Assembly: GCF_042660085.1 (NCBI RefSeq)
Contig: NZ_JBHSTI010000002.1
Span: 1 to 32,000 of the forward strand
From: Longivirga aurantiaca
Lineage (GTDB): Bacteria; Actinomycetota; Actinomycetes; S36-B12; CAIYMF01
DNA: 32,000 bases
Reading direction: 5' to 3'
Every line of letters starts with the position of its first letter. Within the stretch, counting starts at the first letter, position 1. The position numbers and the translations under genes are program-made. Below, piece by piece: positions 20,952 through 30,126 of this stretch. The notes under the pieces were generated by a model, which was given only the letters and a program-made list of their open reading frames with translations, did no database searches and was not told the DNA's origin.

Positions 20952-23543
20952 ATGGATCTCCAGCTCACGACCAAGAGCCAGGAGGCGCTCGCGGGCGCCG
21001 TCCGGCGCGCTGCGACGTCCGGCCAGGCCCAGGTCGAGCCGCTGCACCTGCTCGGCACCCTGCTCGCGCAGGGCAGCAGCGGCGACGGCATCGCGACCGC
21101 CGTCCTCGACAAGGTCGGCGTCGACCGCGCCGCGCTCACGACGAGCGTCAACGCCGCCCTCGACCGCATGCCGTCGGCCATGGGCCAGACCGTGCAGTCG
21201 CCGCAGCTCTCGCCCGCGATGTTCCGCGTCATGCAGGACGCCGACGCCAGCGCCAAGGAGCGCGGCGACCAGTTCGTGTCGACCGAGCACCTGCTCGTCG
21301 GCCTCGCCCAGCAGGGCGGCGCCGGGGTCAGCGACGCCCTCGCCGCAGCAGGCGCGACGCCGGCCGCGCTCGTCGACGCGATCTCGTCCGTCCGGCAGCG
21401 CCCGGTCACGAGTGCCGAGCCCGAGCAGACCTTCCAGGCGCTCGAGAAGTTCGGCGTCGACCTCACCGCGCTCGCCCGCGACGGCAAGATCGACCCCGTC
21501 ATCGGCCGCGACTCCGAGATCCGCCGCGTCGTGCAGGTGCTCAGCCGTCGTACCAAGAACAACCCGGTGCTGATCGGCGAGCCGGGTGTCGGCAAGACCG
21601 CCGTCGTCGAGGGCCTCGCGCAGCGCATCGTCGCGGGCGACGTGCCCGACTCGCTGCGCGGCAAGCGGCTCATCTCGCTCGACCTCGCGGCGATGCTCGC
21701 CGGTGCGCAGTTCCGCGGCCAGTTCGAGGAGCGGCTCAAGAGCGTGCTCGACGAGATCAAGGGCAGCAACGGCGAGGTCGTCACGTTCATCGACGAGCTC
21801 CACACCGTGGTCGGCGCGGGCGCCAGCGGCGACTCCGCGATGGACGCCGGCAACATGCTCAAGCCGATGCTCGCCCGCGGCGAGCTGCGCATGGTCGGTG
21901 CCACCACGCTCGACGAGTACCGCGAGCGGATCGAGAAGGACCCCGCCCTCGAGCGCCGCTTCCAGCAGGTGCTGGTGGGCGAGCCGAGCGTCGAGGACAC
22001 CGTGGGGATCCTGCGCGGCATCAAGGAGAAGTACGAGGCGCACCACAAGGTCGCCATCGCCGACTCCGCCCTCGTCGCAGCCGCCACGCTGTCGGACCGT
22101 TACATCACCAGTCGCTTCCTCCCCGACAAGGCGATCGACCTCGTCGACGAGGCGGCCTCGCGCCTGCGCATGGAGATCGACTCCTCGCCGGTCGAGATCG
22201 ACCAGCTCCAGCGCCAGGTCGACCGCATGAAGATGGAGGAGCTCGCCCTCTCGCGCGAGACCGACGACGCCTCGATCGAGCGTCTCGCGAAGCTGCGCTC
22301 GGACCTCGGCGACCGCAGCGAGGAGCTGCGCGCGATGCGCGTGCGCTGGGACGCCGAGAAGACCGGGCTCGACAAGGTCGGCGACCTGAAGATCCGGCTC
22401 GACGAGCTGCGCATGCTCCTCGACCGCGCCCAGCGCGACGGCGACCTCGAGCAGGCATCGCGCCTTCTGTACGCAGAGATCCCGAACCTCGAGCGCCAGC
22501 TCGACGAGGCCGTCTCCTCCTCGTCCGACCGCTCGCGCATGGTGCGCGAGGAGGTCGGCCCCGACGACGTCGCCGAGGTCGTGGCTGCGTGGACCGGCAT
22601 CCCGGCCGGCCGCCTGCTCGAGGGCGAGACCGCCAAGCTCCTGCGGATGGAGGAGGAGCTCGGCCACCGCGTCGTGGGCCAGAAGGAGGCCGTGCAGGCG
22701 GTGTCCGACGCCGTGCGCCGCGCGCGCGCCGGCGTCTCCGACCCGGACCGCCCCACCGGCTCGTTCCTCTTCCTCGGCCCCACGGGTGTCGGCAAGACCG
22801 AGCTGGCGAAGGCGCTCGCCGAGTTCCTCTTCGACGACGAGCGCGCGATGACGCGCATCGACATGAGCGAGTATGGCGAGAAGCACTCGGTCGCACGGCT
22901 CGTCGGTGCGCCGCCGGGATACGTCGGCTACGACGAGGGCGGCCAGCTCACCGAGGCCGTCCGCCGTCGCCCGTACACCGTGGTGCTGTTCGACGAGATC
23001 GAGAAGGCGCACCCCGAGGTCTTCGACATCCTGCTGCAGGTGCTCGACGACGGCCGCCTCACCGACGGCCAGGGCCGCACGGTCGACTTCCGCAACGCGA
23101 TCCTCGTGCTCACGTCCAACCTGGGCTCGAGCGTGCTCGCCGACGCGACGCTGTCGGCGGAGGCGAAGAACGAGGCCGTCATGAACGTCGTGCGCGCGAG
23201 CTTCAAGCCCGAGTTCCTCAACCGCCTCGACGACACCGTGATGTTCCACCCGCTGGGGATCGAGGAGCTGTCGACGATCGTGGCGCTGCAGGTCGATCTC
23301 CTCGCGGCCCGCCTGCGCGACCGGCGGCTCGGCCTCGAGGTCACGCCGGCGGCCCGGGACTGGTTGGCCCTCAACGGCTTCGACCCGGCGTACGGCGCCC
23401 GGCCCCTGCGCCGGCTGGTGCAGACGGCGATCGGCGACCAGCTCGCGAAGTCGATCCTCGGCGGCGAGGTGGTCGACGGCGACCGCGTGCTCGTCGACGT
23501 CGCCCCCGAGGGCGACCGCCTCGTGGTGTCGGCCCAGCGCTGA
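20952..23543 (+). CDS. clpB: ATP-dependent chaperone/disaggregase ClpB
   Basis: The 863-aa product has two AAA+ modules (GEPGVGKTA; GPTGVGKTE), a long coiled-coil M-domain and a Clp N domain. GGAGG lies upstream of the ATG. Confidence 0.99.
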   Translation: MDLQLTTKSQEALAGAVRRAATSGQAQVEPLHLLGTLLAQGSSGDGIATAVLDKVGVDRAALTTSVNAALDRMPSAMGQTVQSPQLSPAMFRVMQDADASAKERGDQFVSTEHLLVGLAQQGGAGVSDALAAAGATPAALVDAISSVRQRPVTSAEPEQTFQALEKFGVDLTALARDGKIDPVIGRDSEIRRVVQVLSRRTKNNPVLIGEPGVGKTAVVEGLAQRIVAGDVPDSLRGKRLISLDLAAMLAGAQFRGQFEERLKSVLDEIKGSNGEVVTFIDELHTVVGAGASGDSAMDAGNMLKPMLARGELRMVGATTLDEYRERIEKDPALERRFQQVLVGEPSVEDTVGILRGIKEKYEAHHKVAIADSALVAAATLSDRYITSRFLPDKAIDLVDEAASRLRMEIDSSPVEIDQLQRQVDRMKMEELALSRETDDASIERLAKLRSDLGDRSEELRAMRVRWDAEKTGLDKVGDLKIRLDELRMLLDRAQRDGDLEQASRLLYAEIPNLERQLDEAVSSSSDRSRMVREEVGPDDVAEVVAAWTGIPAGRLLEGETAKLLRMEEELGHRVVGQKEAVQAVSDAVRRARAGVSDPDRPTGSFLFLGPTGVGKTELAKALAEFLFDDERAMTRIDMSEYGEKHSVARLVGAPPGYVGYDEGGQLTEAVRRRPYTVVLFDEIEKAHPEVFDILLQVLDDGRLTDGQGRTVDFRNAILVLTSNLGSSVLADATLSAEAKNEAVMNVVRASFKPEFLNRLDDTVMFHPLGIEELSTIVALQVDLLAARLRDRRLGLEVTPAARDWLALNGFDPAYGARPLRRLVQTAIGDQLAKSILGGEVVDGDRVLVDVAPEGDRLVVSAQR

Positions 23544-23552
23544 TCCCACGCG

Positions 23553-23598
23553 GTCGGATGCCGGATGCCGTGCGCTGGCCCGGAATCCGGCATCCGAC
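23553..23598. terminator. 14-bp perfect-stem hairpin between convergent clpB and a membrane-protein gene (candidate bidirectional terminator)
   Basis: GTCGGATGCCGGAT (23553-23566) is the exact reverse complement of ATCCGGCATCCGAC (23585-23598), with an 18-nt loop. It starts 10 nt after the clpB stop. There is no T-tract. Confidence 0.5.
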
Positions 23599-23607
23599 GT
23601 GTTCGGG

Positions 23608-24759
23608 CTACGTGCGCGGGTCCGTAGGGAGGAAGACGCCGCTGCCCGGCCACGGCCCGGCGGTCGGCGGTGCCGGTTGCGCGGGCTCCGGTGCGTCGTC
23701 GGCAGGCAGCACGTCGGTGGCCTGCGGCGGCACGTACGGCGGCGGCGCGAGGTACCCGCCCTGCTCCGGTGCTGCCGGTGCGACGTACGACGCGGGAACG
23801 GCGAAGCGCGGGTCGGCGGGGGTCGGGGTGTCGAACGGGTGGGGCGGCACGAACCGGGTGTCCGCCTCGGTCATGGCGAACGTCCAGGTGGGGGCGTCGC
23901 CGGCGTACGCCGGATCCGGGCCGCCGAGCAGGGGCGGCAGCACCCAGGTGCCGACGCCGGGGGTCGGCAGGCCGGCGGCGTAGCGGTAGAGCACGGTGCG
24001 CAGGTAGACCGAGGTCGCCTGCCAGCACGCCATCACGACGAACCCGCCGACGAGCGCGACCACGATCATCACGAGGCCCAAGCCGGTCGTGAGCCCCTCG
24101 TGCTTGCGCACGCCGTCGACGAACGCGAACAGCCCCATCAGGCCGACGGCGAGCACCGCGAGCCAGAGCAGCACGTAGACGATGCCGAGGCGGATGGTGG
24201 CGCGCACGTTCGACCCGAACTTCGAGGTGAGCACGTTGCCCGAGCGCCTGATGGTCTCGAACGGCATCGTGCCCTCGGCCATGATCACGGGGATCGCGAA
24301 CCACGTCGCGACCGCCCACCCCACGCCGGCGAGCAGCCGCACGATCTGCCCAGCGATTCCGAAGCGCTCGAGCTGGCGCAGCGCGACGCCCACCACGGTC
24401 GAGAGCGCCGCCCACGCGATGAGCTGCGCACGCCGCTCCCACGCCGCCGCGAGCGCCGACCGAAAGGTCGGGTCGCCGCCGTCCGCGCGCTGCATCGCCG
24501 CGGCGACGACGGCGCCGAGGAAGAACGTCGACACGAGGGTGGAGGCGAAGAGCGCGAGCGCGTAGACGATCACGCTCGACCAGTCGCCACGACCATCGGT
24601 CGGCAGACCGAAGACGGCGTAGAGCGGGAGCGCGACCAGTGCGAAGGCGACGGAGGCGGCGAGGCTCCCGACCACCAGCAGCGCGATGATCGACGGGTCG
24701 CGCTTGAGCAGAGCCCAGGACGCCTCGACCAGCGGCTTGCCCGCGAGCGTCGTAGCCAT
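23608..24759 (-). CDS. integral membrane protein (DUF6159-like by recollection) with a Pro/Tyr-rich C-terminal tail
   Basis: About 260 aa form several TM helices (IIALLVVGSLAASVAFALVALPLYAVFG ...). About 120 aa of low-complexity tail follow (PPPYVPPQATDVLPADDAPEPAQPAPPTAGPWPG). The family name is from memory only. Confidence 0.7.
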   Translation of the reverse strand: MATTLAGKPLVEASWALLKRDPSIIALLVVGSLAASVAFALVALPLYAVFGLPTDGRGDWSSVIVYALALFASTLVSTFFLGAVVAAAMQRADGGDPTFRSALAAAWERRAQLIAWAALSTVVGVALRQLERFGIAGQIVRLLAGVGWAVATWFAIPVIMAEGTMPFETIRRSGNVLTSKFGSNVRATIRLGIVYVLLWLAVLAVGLMGLFAFVDGVRKHEGLTTGLGLVMIVVALVGGFVVMACWQATSVYLRTVLYRYAAGLPTPGVGTWVLPPLLGGPDPAYAGDAPTWTFAMTEADTRFVPPHPFDTPTPADPRFAVPASYVAPAAPEQGGYLAPPPYVPPQATDVLPADDAPEPAQPAPPTAGPWPGSGVFLPTDPRT

Positions 24760-24818
24760 GCGCGCCTATCGACCTGTTCGGGCGGCGCCTGAACCCGCCG
24801 CCCGGGCGACGGTTCCCG

Positions 24819-24860
24819 CTGGATGCCCGAGAGGCACCGAGAGGCTTGTCAGGCATCCAG
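24819..24860. terminator. 9-bp stem hairpin downstream of the aminotransferase gene
   Basis: CTGGATGCC (24819-24827) and GGCATCCAG (24852-24860) are exact reverse complements. The hairpin lies between the aminotransferase stop (24866) and the next minus-strand gene start (24759). Confidence 0.35.
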
Positions 24861-24865
24861 AGCGG

Positions 24866-26038
24866 CTAGGGCAGGGCGCGGGCGAGGCGGTCGAGGGCCT
24901 CGTGCAGCACCTCGGGGCGCTTGCAGAAGGCCCAGCGCACGTAGGGCGCGCCGTTCGTCGGGTCGTCGTGGAACACCTGCTGCGGGATCGCGACGACGCC
25001 TGCGCGGGAGGGGAGGTCGCGGCAGAAGGCGAGGCCGTCGGCATACGCGGTCGGCCCCACGTCGGTCGTCACGTAGTAGGTGCCCTCGGACGGCGTCACC
25101 GCGAACCCGAGACCGATGAGGCCGGCCGACAGGAGGTCGCGCTTGCTCTGCATGTCGGCCGCGAACGAGCGCCAGTGCTCGTCGGGGAGAGCGAGCCCGT
25201 CGGCCACCGCCCACTGGAACGGGCCGCCCGACACGAAGCTCATGTGCTGGCGCACCACGCGGACCGCATGGATCAGGTCGCTCGGCCCGGTGGCCCAGCC
25301 GACCTTCCAGCCCGTCATCGACAGCGACTTGCCAGCGCTTCCCAGCGTGACGGTGCGCTCGGCCATGCCGGGCAGCGTCGCGAACGGCACGTGCTCGTGG
25401 CCGGTGAACACGATGTGCTCGTAGACCTCGTCGCTGATCACGAGCAGGTCGTGCTCGGCCACGACGTCCGCGATCGCGGTGAGCTCCTCGCGCGTGAACA
25501 CCACGCCCGTCGGGTTGTGCGGCGAGTTGAGCAGCAGCAGGCGCGTGCGCGGCGTGATGGCGGCGCGCAGCGCGTCGACGTCGGGGCGGAACGTGCCGGG
25601 GGTAAGAGGCACCTCGCGGCGTACGCCGTTCGCGAGCGAGATGCCGGCGGCGTACACGTCGAACCACGGCGCGAACATCACGACCTCGTCGCCCGTATCG
25701 ACCAGCGCGAGCAGCGTTGCCACGATCGCCTCGCTGGCCCCGGTGGCGACGCAGACGTCGGCGGTCCAGTCCAGCTCGATGCCGTAGAAGCGCCGCTGGT
25801 GCTCGGCGATCGCGCGCCGCAGCTCGGGCAGGCCGTGCACGGGCGGGTACTGGTTGCCGCGGCCGTCCTGGATCGCGCGGATGGCGGCGTCCTTCACCGA
25901 CTGCGGGCCGTCGGTGTCGGGGAACCCCTGGCCGAGGTTGACCGAGCCGGTCTCGACGGCCAGCGTGCTCATCTCGCCGAAGATGCTGGCGGCGTGCTCG
26001 CGCATGCGGGGCACGAGAGGCGGCACGCGTCGGGTCAC
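24866..26038 (-). CDS. PLP-dependent class I aminotransferase (DapC / KAT / MtnE-like)
   Basis: Motifs found are SIFGEMSTLA, NLGQGFPDTDGP, SDEVYEH and SAGKSLSMTGWKVGW (the PLP lysine). GTG 26038 is preferred to the ORF-track start at 26125. ATG 26005 is also possible. Confidence 0.92.
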   Translation of the reverse strand: MTRRVPPLVPRMREHAASIFGEMSTLAVETGSVNLGQGFPDTDGPQSVKDAAIRAIQDGRGNQYPPVHGLPELRRAIAEHQRRFYGIELDWTADVCVATGASEAIVATLLALVDTGDEVVMFAPWFDVYAAGISLANGVRREVPLTPGTFRPDVDALRAAITPRTRLLLLNSPHNPTGVVFTREELTAIADVVAEHDLLVISDEVYEHIVFTGHEHVPFATLPGMAERTVTLGSAGKSLSMTGWKVGWATGPSDLIHAVRVVRQHMSFVSGGPFQWAVADGLALPDEHWRSFAADMQSKRDLLSAGLIGLGFAVTPSEGTYYVTTDVGPTAYADGLAFCRDLPSRAGVVAIPQQVFHDDPTNGAPYVRWAFCKRPEVLHEALDRLARALP

Positions 26039-26114
26039 GTCGCAGAGGCTACGACCCCACGCTCCTGCGAGCACCGCGCTACTCGTGCGACCCGGCCGTG
26101 GCGGGTGCGACAGG

Positions 26115-26867
26115 ATGCGACGCATGGCGACAGTGGTGGTGACGGGCGGCTCGCGCGGGATCGGGGCCGCGACCTGCGTGGCGGTGGCCGAGGCGGGCTG
26201 GGACGTCGTCGTCGACTACGTGCGCGACGTCGGGGCCGCGGCCGACGTCGTACGCCGGGTCGAGGCGCTCGGGCGCCGCGCGGTCGCCGTCCAGGCCGAC
26301 GTCCGCGACGCCGAGTCGGTCGAGCGGCTGTTCGCCGCCGCCGACGCGTTCGGCGGCCCGCTGGTGGGCCTGGTCAACAACGCCGGCATCTCGGGCGGCT
26401 TCGCCCGCGTCGACACCGTCACCCAGCAGCAGCTCGACGACGTGCTCGGGGTCAACGTGGCCGGCCCGTTCCTCTGCTGCGGCGCCGCCGTGCGCCGGAT
26501 GTCCACGGCCCACGGCGGCAGCGGTGGCTCGATCGTCAACGTGTCCTCGCGCGCGGCGGTGCTCGGCAGCGCCGGCGAGTGGGTGCACTACGCCGCGAGC
26601 AAGGCGGCGGTCGACACGCTCACGGTCGGCCTGTCCCAGGAGGTCGCGACCGAGGGGATCCGTGTGAACGCCGTCGCGGTCGGCCTGGTCGACACCGACC
26701 TGCACGCCGCCGCCGGCGAGCCCGGACGTCCGGACCGCATGCGCCCGACGATCCCGATGAAGCGATCCGGCACGCCCGAGGAGGTCGCAGCAGCGATCGT
26801 GTGGCTGCTCGGCGACTCCTCGTCGTACACCACCGGCACCGTCCTCGCCGTCTCCGGCGGCCGCTGA
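26115..26867 (+). CDS. SDR-family oxidoreductase (classical short-chain dehydrogenase)
   Basis: Motifs found are VVVTGGSRGIGAA, NNAGI and YAASKAAV (YxxxK). The start is ATG 26115 or 26124. Confidence 0.9.
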   Translation: MRRMATVVVTGGSRGIGAATCVAVAEAGWDVVVDYVRDVGAAADVVRRVEALGRRAVAVQADVRDAESVERLFAAADAFGGPLVGLVNNAGISGGFARVDTVTQQQLDDVLGVNVAGPFLCCGAAVRRMSTAHGGSGGSIVNVSSRAAVLGSAGEWVHYAASKAAVDTLTVGLSQEVATEGIRVNAVAVGLVDTDLHAAAGEPGRPDRMRPTIPMKRSGTPEEVAAAIVWLLGDSSSYTTGTVLAVSGGR

Positions 26868-26873
26868 AGTCCC

Positions 26874-26935
26874 CGAGTTACTGCCCAAACGGTCGCAGAG
26901 CAGGCCGGTTCAACGACCGTTTGGGCAGTAACTCG
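26874..26935. repeat. perfect 22-bp-arm inverted repeat with an 18-nt spacer between the two SDR genes
   Basis: CGAGTTACTGCCCAAACGGTCG (26874-26895) is the exact reverse complement of CGACCGTTTGGGCAGTAACTCG (26914-26935). The repeat is comparatively AT-rich. It begins 7 nt after the upstream stop and ends 22 nt before the downstream ATG. Confidence 0.7.
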
Positions 26936-26957
26936 CGGACGGGGTGAGGATGGGGGC

Positions 26958-27740
26958 ATGACCACGGCACTCGTCACGGGCGGCACGGCAGGGATCGGCG
27001 CGGAGTTCGCTCGGCAGCTGGCGGCACGGGGCGACGACCTCGTGCTCGTCGCACGGGACGGCGAGCGCCTCGCGGCCTTCGCCGCCGAGCTCGAGCAGCG
27101 TCACCGCGTCGCGGTCGAGGTGCTCGTCGCCGACCTCACCGACCCCGCCCAGCTCGCGCTCGTCGAGGCGCGCCTCGCGGACGACACCCGCCCGGTCGAC
27201 CTGCTCGTCAACAACGCAGGGTTCGGCGTCAACCAGGTCTTCGTCGGCGGAGACCTCGACGCCGAGCAGCGCATGCTCGACGTCCTCGTCACCGCCGTCA
27301 TGCGCCTCAGCCACGCCGCCCTCCCCGGCATGGTCGCGCGCGGCATGGGCGGCGTGGTCAACGTCAGCAGCGTCGCGAGCTTCATCGCCGGCGGCAGCTA
27401 CAGCGCCGCGAAGTCGTGGGTCACCGTCTTCTCCGAGTCGGTCAACCGGCAGCTCGACGGCACCGGCGTCACCGTCACCGCGCTCTGCCCCGGCTTCACG
27501 CACACCGAGTTCCACCAGCGGGCCGAGATGGACGTCGACCACCTGCCGGACTGGTTGTGGCTCGACGCCCCCGACGTCGTGCGCTCGGCGCTGGCCGACT
27601 TCCGCCGCGGAAAGCCGGTGTCGGTGCCCGGGGCGCAGTACAAGGCGCTGTCCGCGCTGGCGCGCTACCTGCCGCGGCCGATCGTCCGCCGCGCGAGCGC
27701 CGTACGAGGCCCCGACCGCCTCGGTCGCGGTACGCCGTAG
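26958..27740 (+). CDS. SDR-family oxidoreductase
   Basis: Motifs found are ALVTGGTAGIGAEFA, NNAGF and YSAAKSWV. Confidence 0.9.
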   Translation: MTTALVTGGTAGIGAEFARQLAARGDDLVLVARDGERLAAFAAELEQRHRVAVEVLVADLTDPAQLALVEARLADDTRPVDLLVNNAGFGVNQVFVGGDLDAEQRMLDVLVTAVMRLSHAALPGMVARGMGGVVNVSSVASFIAGGSYSAAKSWVTVFSESVNRQLDGTGVTVTALCPGFTHTEFHQRAEMDVDHLPDWLWLDAPDVVRSALADFRRGKPVSVPGAQYKALSALARYLPRPIVRRASAVRGPDRLGRGTP

Positions 27741-27857
27741 GAACCCCCGAGGCTCCCCGCTCGTCGCTCCTGGTGACGGCTCACGTGCTCCACATGCGGC
27801 GCACAGGACACCGTGATGTGCTCTCGAGCACCGACACACCTGCGGAGGATGGACACC

Positions 27858-28193
27858 ATGGAGTGCCCGAAGTGCCACGCCCCCATGCGCACCTATGAGC
27901 GCAACGGGATCCACATCGACCAGTGCACCGAGTGCCGCGGCGTCTTCCTCGACCGCGGCGAGCTCGACCACCTGATCTCGCTCGAGGCGGCGCAGGCCGA
28001 GCCCGCACCCGCGCCGGCACCTGCGGCGGCGGCCCCGGCGTACGCACCGCAGCAGCAGCAGCAGCCGCAGCCGCAGGCCTACCCCCAGCAGGGCTACCAG
28101 CAGCCGGGGTACCAGCAGCAGGGCTACCAGCAGGGGTACGGCGGCAAGCCCTACAAGAAGCGCAAGAACTTCCTCGAGGAGCTCTTCGACTAG
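27858..28193 (+). CDS. TFIIB-type zinc-ribbon (zf-TFIIB, PF13453-like) protein with a Q/Y/G-rich tail
   Basis: The N-terminus MECPKCHAPM...IDQCTECRGVFLDRGELDHL carries two CxxC pairs. The tail is QQQQQPQPQAYPQQGYQQPGYQQQGYQQGYGG, followed by the basic end KPYKKRKNFLEELFD. GGAGG lies 9 nt upstream of ATG 27858. Alternative in-frame starts are 27849 and 27813. Confidence 0.8.
   Translation: MECPKCHAPMRTYERNGIHIDQCTECRGVFLDRGELDHLISLEAAQAEPAPAPAPAAAAPAYAPQQQQQPQPQAYPQQGYQQPGYQQQGYQQGYGGKPYKKRKNFLEELFD
28050..28139 (+). repeat. CAG-rich, low-complexity coding repeat inside the zinc-ribbon gene
   Basis: The run is (CAG)5 CCG CAG CCG CAG, followed by three CAGCAGGGCTACCAG-like units. Confidence 0.8.
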
Positions 28194-28203
28194 GTCGGCG
28201 CGC

Positions 28204-28722
28204 TCACGCGGAGACGATGCCCGCGATCGCGTCGGCCACGGTGCCGGGCCAGGCGTCGGGCACCTCGACGATGTCCCACCCGCGCAGGCGCGCCTGGTTG
28301 GTCTCGAGCGGATCCGCCGCGGGCGAGGCCACGAACACGACCGGCGCGTCCGGCCAGTCGCCGCCGCGCGACTCGGCGGGCGGGACGGCGGCGTCGACGA
28401 GCACGTAGCCCGACACCGCGCGGCGCGACGCCTTCTGCGAGAACCCGAGAGCCGGCGCCAGGGCACCGGCCGAGCCCGCCAGCACCAGCAGCACCGGGGC
28501 GACCGTTCCCCCGGTGGCCAGCCCGATCGCGAGGTGCGCCACCCAGTGCGCCGTCGCGGTGCGCTCGTCGTCCTCGGGCGCGGCGTCCGGGACGTGCGGC
28601 GACATCACGCGCACGCCGGCGAGACGAGGGTCGTCGAGCAGGGCGTCGGCGACGTCCGCGACGTCGACGACGGCCGGGGCGCCCGGCAGGGGAGGGCAGA
28701 GGACGACGCTGGCGGTGGTCAC
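28204..28722 (-). CDS. small alpha/beta-hydrolase-fold-like protein (uncharacterised)
   Basis: The roughly 172-aa product has a possible nucleophile elbow LVLAGSAGAL (AxSxG variant). Sheet-like hydrophobic strands alternate through the sequence. The assignment is tentative. The start is GTG 28722 or 28740. Confidence 0.5.
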   Translation of the reverse strand: MTTASVVLCPPLPGAPAVVDVADVADALLDDPRLAGVRVMSPHVPDAAPEDDERTATAHWVAHLAIGLATGGTVAPVLLVLAGSAGALAPALGFSQKASRRAVSGYVLVDAAVPPAESRGGDWPDAPVVFVASPAADPLETNQARLRGWDIVEVPDAWPGTVADAIAGIVSA

Positions 28723-28766
28723 CCGCCCAGCCTGCCTCACCGGGGACGCCGATACCCTCTCGACTC

Positions 28767-29309
28767 GTGACGAGCCTCGATCGCGACCAGCTGCGCCAGG
28801 ACATCCTCGACAAGGCCGTGGTCCACGGCCGCGTCGTGCTCTCGAGCGGCAAGGAGGCCGACTACTACGTCGACCTGCGCCGCGTGACCCTCGACGGCGC
28901 CACGGCGCCGCTCGTGGGCCGGGTGATGCTCGACCTCACGAGCCACCTCGACTACGACGCCGTCGGGGGACTCACGCTCGGCGCCGACCCGGTCGCGACG
29001 GCGATGCTGCACGCGGCCGCCGCCGAGGGCCGCACGCTGGACGCGTTCGTCGTCCGCAAGAGCGAGAAGGCGCACGGCCTGCAGCGCCGCATCGAGGGCC
29101 CGGACGTCGCGGGCCGTCGCGTGCTCGCCGTCGAGGACACCTCGACCACGGGCGGCTCGGTGCTCACCGCGGTCGAGGCGCTCCGCGAGGCCGGTGCCGA
29201 GGTGGTCGGTGTCGCGGTCATCGTCGAGCGAGGCGCCGCCCCGAAGGTGGAGGAGGCCGGTCTGCCGTACCTCGCGGCGTACTCCCTCACCGACCTCGGC
29301 CTCGCCTGA
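28767..29309 (+). CDS. pyrE: orotate phosphoribosyltransferase
   Basis: The translation has VLSSGKEADYYVDLR and the PRPP-binding motif VLAVEDTSTTGGS. Its length of 180 aa is typical of the actinobacterial short PyrE. Confidence 0.95.
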   Translation: MTSLDRDQLRQDILDKAVVHGRVVLSSGKEADYYVDLRRVTLDGATAPLVGRVMLDLTSHLDYDAVGGLTLGADPVATAMLHAAAAEGRTLDAFVVRKSEKAHGLQRRIEGPDVAGRRVLAVEDTSTTGGSVLTAVEALREAGAEVVGVAVIVERGAAPKVEEAGLPYLAAYSLTDLGLA

Positions 29310-29445
29310 CTCCTCCGCACGGGGGACGACGTCACCCTCGCGGACCCCTCGTCACCCGATCGGAGCAACCGAGGCCGTGACCGTGCGAGCACTCTCAGCG
29401 ATAGCGCTCTCGTAGGGGACGGGTGCAGCGACGCAAGGGGCGGCC

Positions 29446-30105
29446 ATGGCGACGGAGGCACAGGCGACCACGCTCGCCGGCCTGGGCCATGCCCGGCCGC
29501 TGTCCCGACGTCCGCTCGCCCAGTGGATCGTCGCCCACACCCGACGCGGCCGCCTGAAGCGCTATGCGCGCGCCATGGGCTGGTACCTCACTACCGACGG
29601 GGTGCTCGTCGGCGACGTCGAGGGCATCGCGATCCGGGCGTACGAGGACCGCAAGCACATCGCCGTGGTCGAGCTCGTCGCGCCTGCCGTGCTCCCGCGC
29701 TTCGAGGTGCGGCAGCGCGAGAAGAGCACGCCGCAGATCGGCGACGGCATGCGCGAGGTGCACACCGGTGACGCGCACTTCGACGCCTGCTACTCGCTGC
29801 GCGCCGAGGAGCCGTGGCTGATCCGCGCGATCGTCGACTCCTCTGTGCGCCAGTCGCTCGTGGCCGCACCCGTGCAGTCGATCACCGCGGTGGGGGACAG
29901 GCTGGTCTCGCGCGGAGGGTCAGGGCTCGACCCGCTCGACCTGCTCGCGCGCGGGACGGCGCTTCGCACGCTGCTGCAAGCCGTGCCCTGGGAGGCGTAC
30001 CCCGACCGTCGCACGATCCCGACCCAGGCCGCGGTCTACGAGGTCGTGCGCGAGCGGCAGATGCGTCCGGTCGAGCCGCTGCCATCCGTGGGGCGCCGGG
30101 CCTGA
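29446..30105 (+). CDS. hypothetical protein
   Basis: The 219-aa ORF has host-like codon bias, and I recognise no motif. An internal ATG at 29575 (MGWYLTTDG...) is an alternative start. Confidence 0.55.
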   Translation: MATEAQATTLAGLGHARPLSRRPLAQWIVAHTRRGRLKRYARAMGWYLTTDGVLVGDVEGIAIRAYEDRKHIAVVELVAPAVLPRFEVRQREKSTPQIGDGMREVHTGDAHFDACYSLRAEEPWLIRAIVDSSVRQSLVAAPVQSITAVGDRLVSRGGSGLDPLDLLARGTALRTLLQAVPWEAYPDRRTIPTQAAVYEVVRERQMRPVEPLPSVGRRA

Positions 30106-30126
30106 CCGTCGGGGATCCCCTGTGGC

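Noticed and set aside
20796-24856. 917-aa (20796-23549) and 642-aa (22928-24856) minus-strand ORFs
   Set aside because: The first is antisense to clpB. The second runs antisense across the clpB 3' end and then off-frame on the same strand through the downstream membrane-protein gene. No motifs are present.
27785-27830. Short palindromes (CACGTG, GTGCTC-TC-GAGCAC) upstream of the zinc-ribbon gene
   Set aside because: The 6-bp arms are within what is expected by chance, and no supporting context exists.
24686-28466. 753-aa plus-strand and 518-aa minus-strand ORFs across the aminotransferase and SDR region
   Set aside because: They are antisense or off-frame to genes with strong PLP and SDR motifs. 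They read straight through the 22-bp-arm inverted repeat, which explains the mirrored YCPNGR peptides.
30110-30119. GGGGATCCCC palindrome between the convergent hypothetical gene and the DedA gene
   Set aside because: It is too short and has no loop, so it cannot form a terminator hairpin. It is probably chance in GC-rich DNA.
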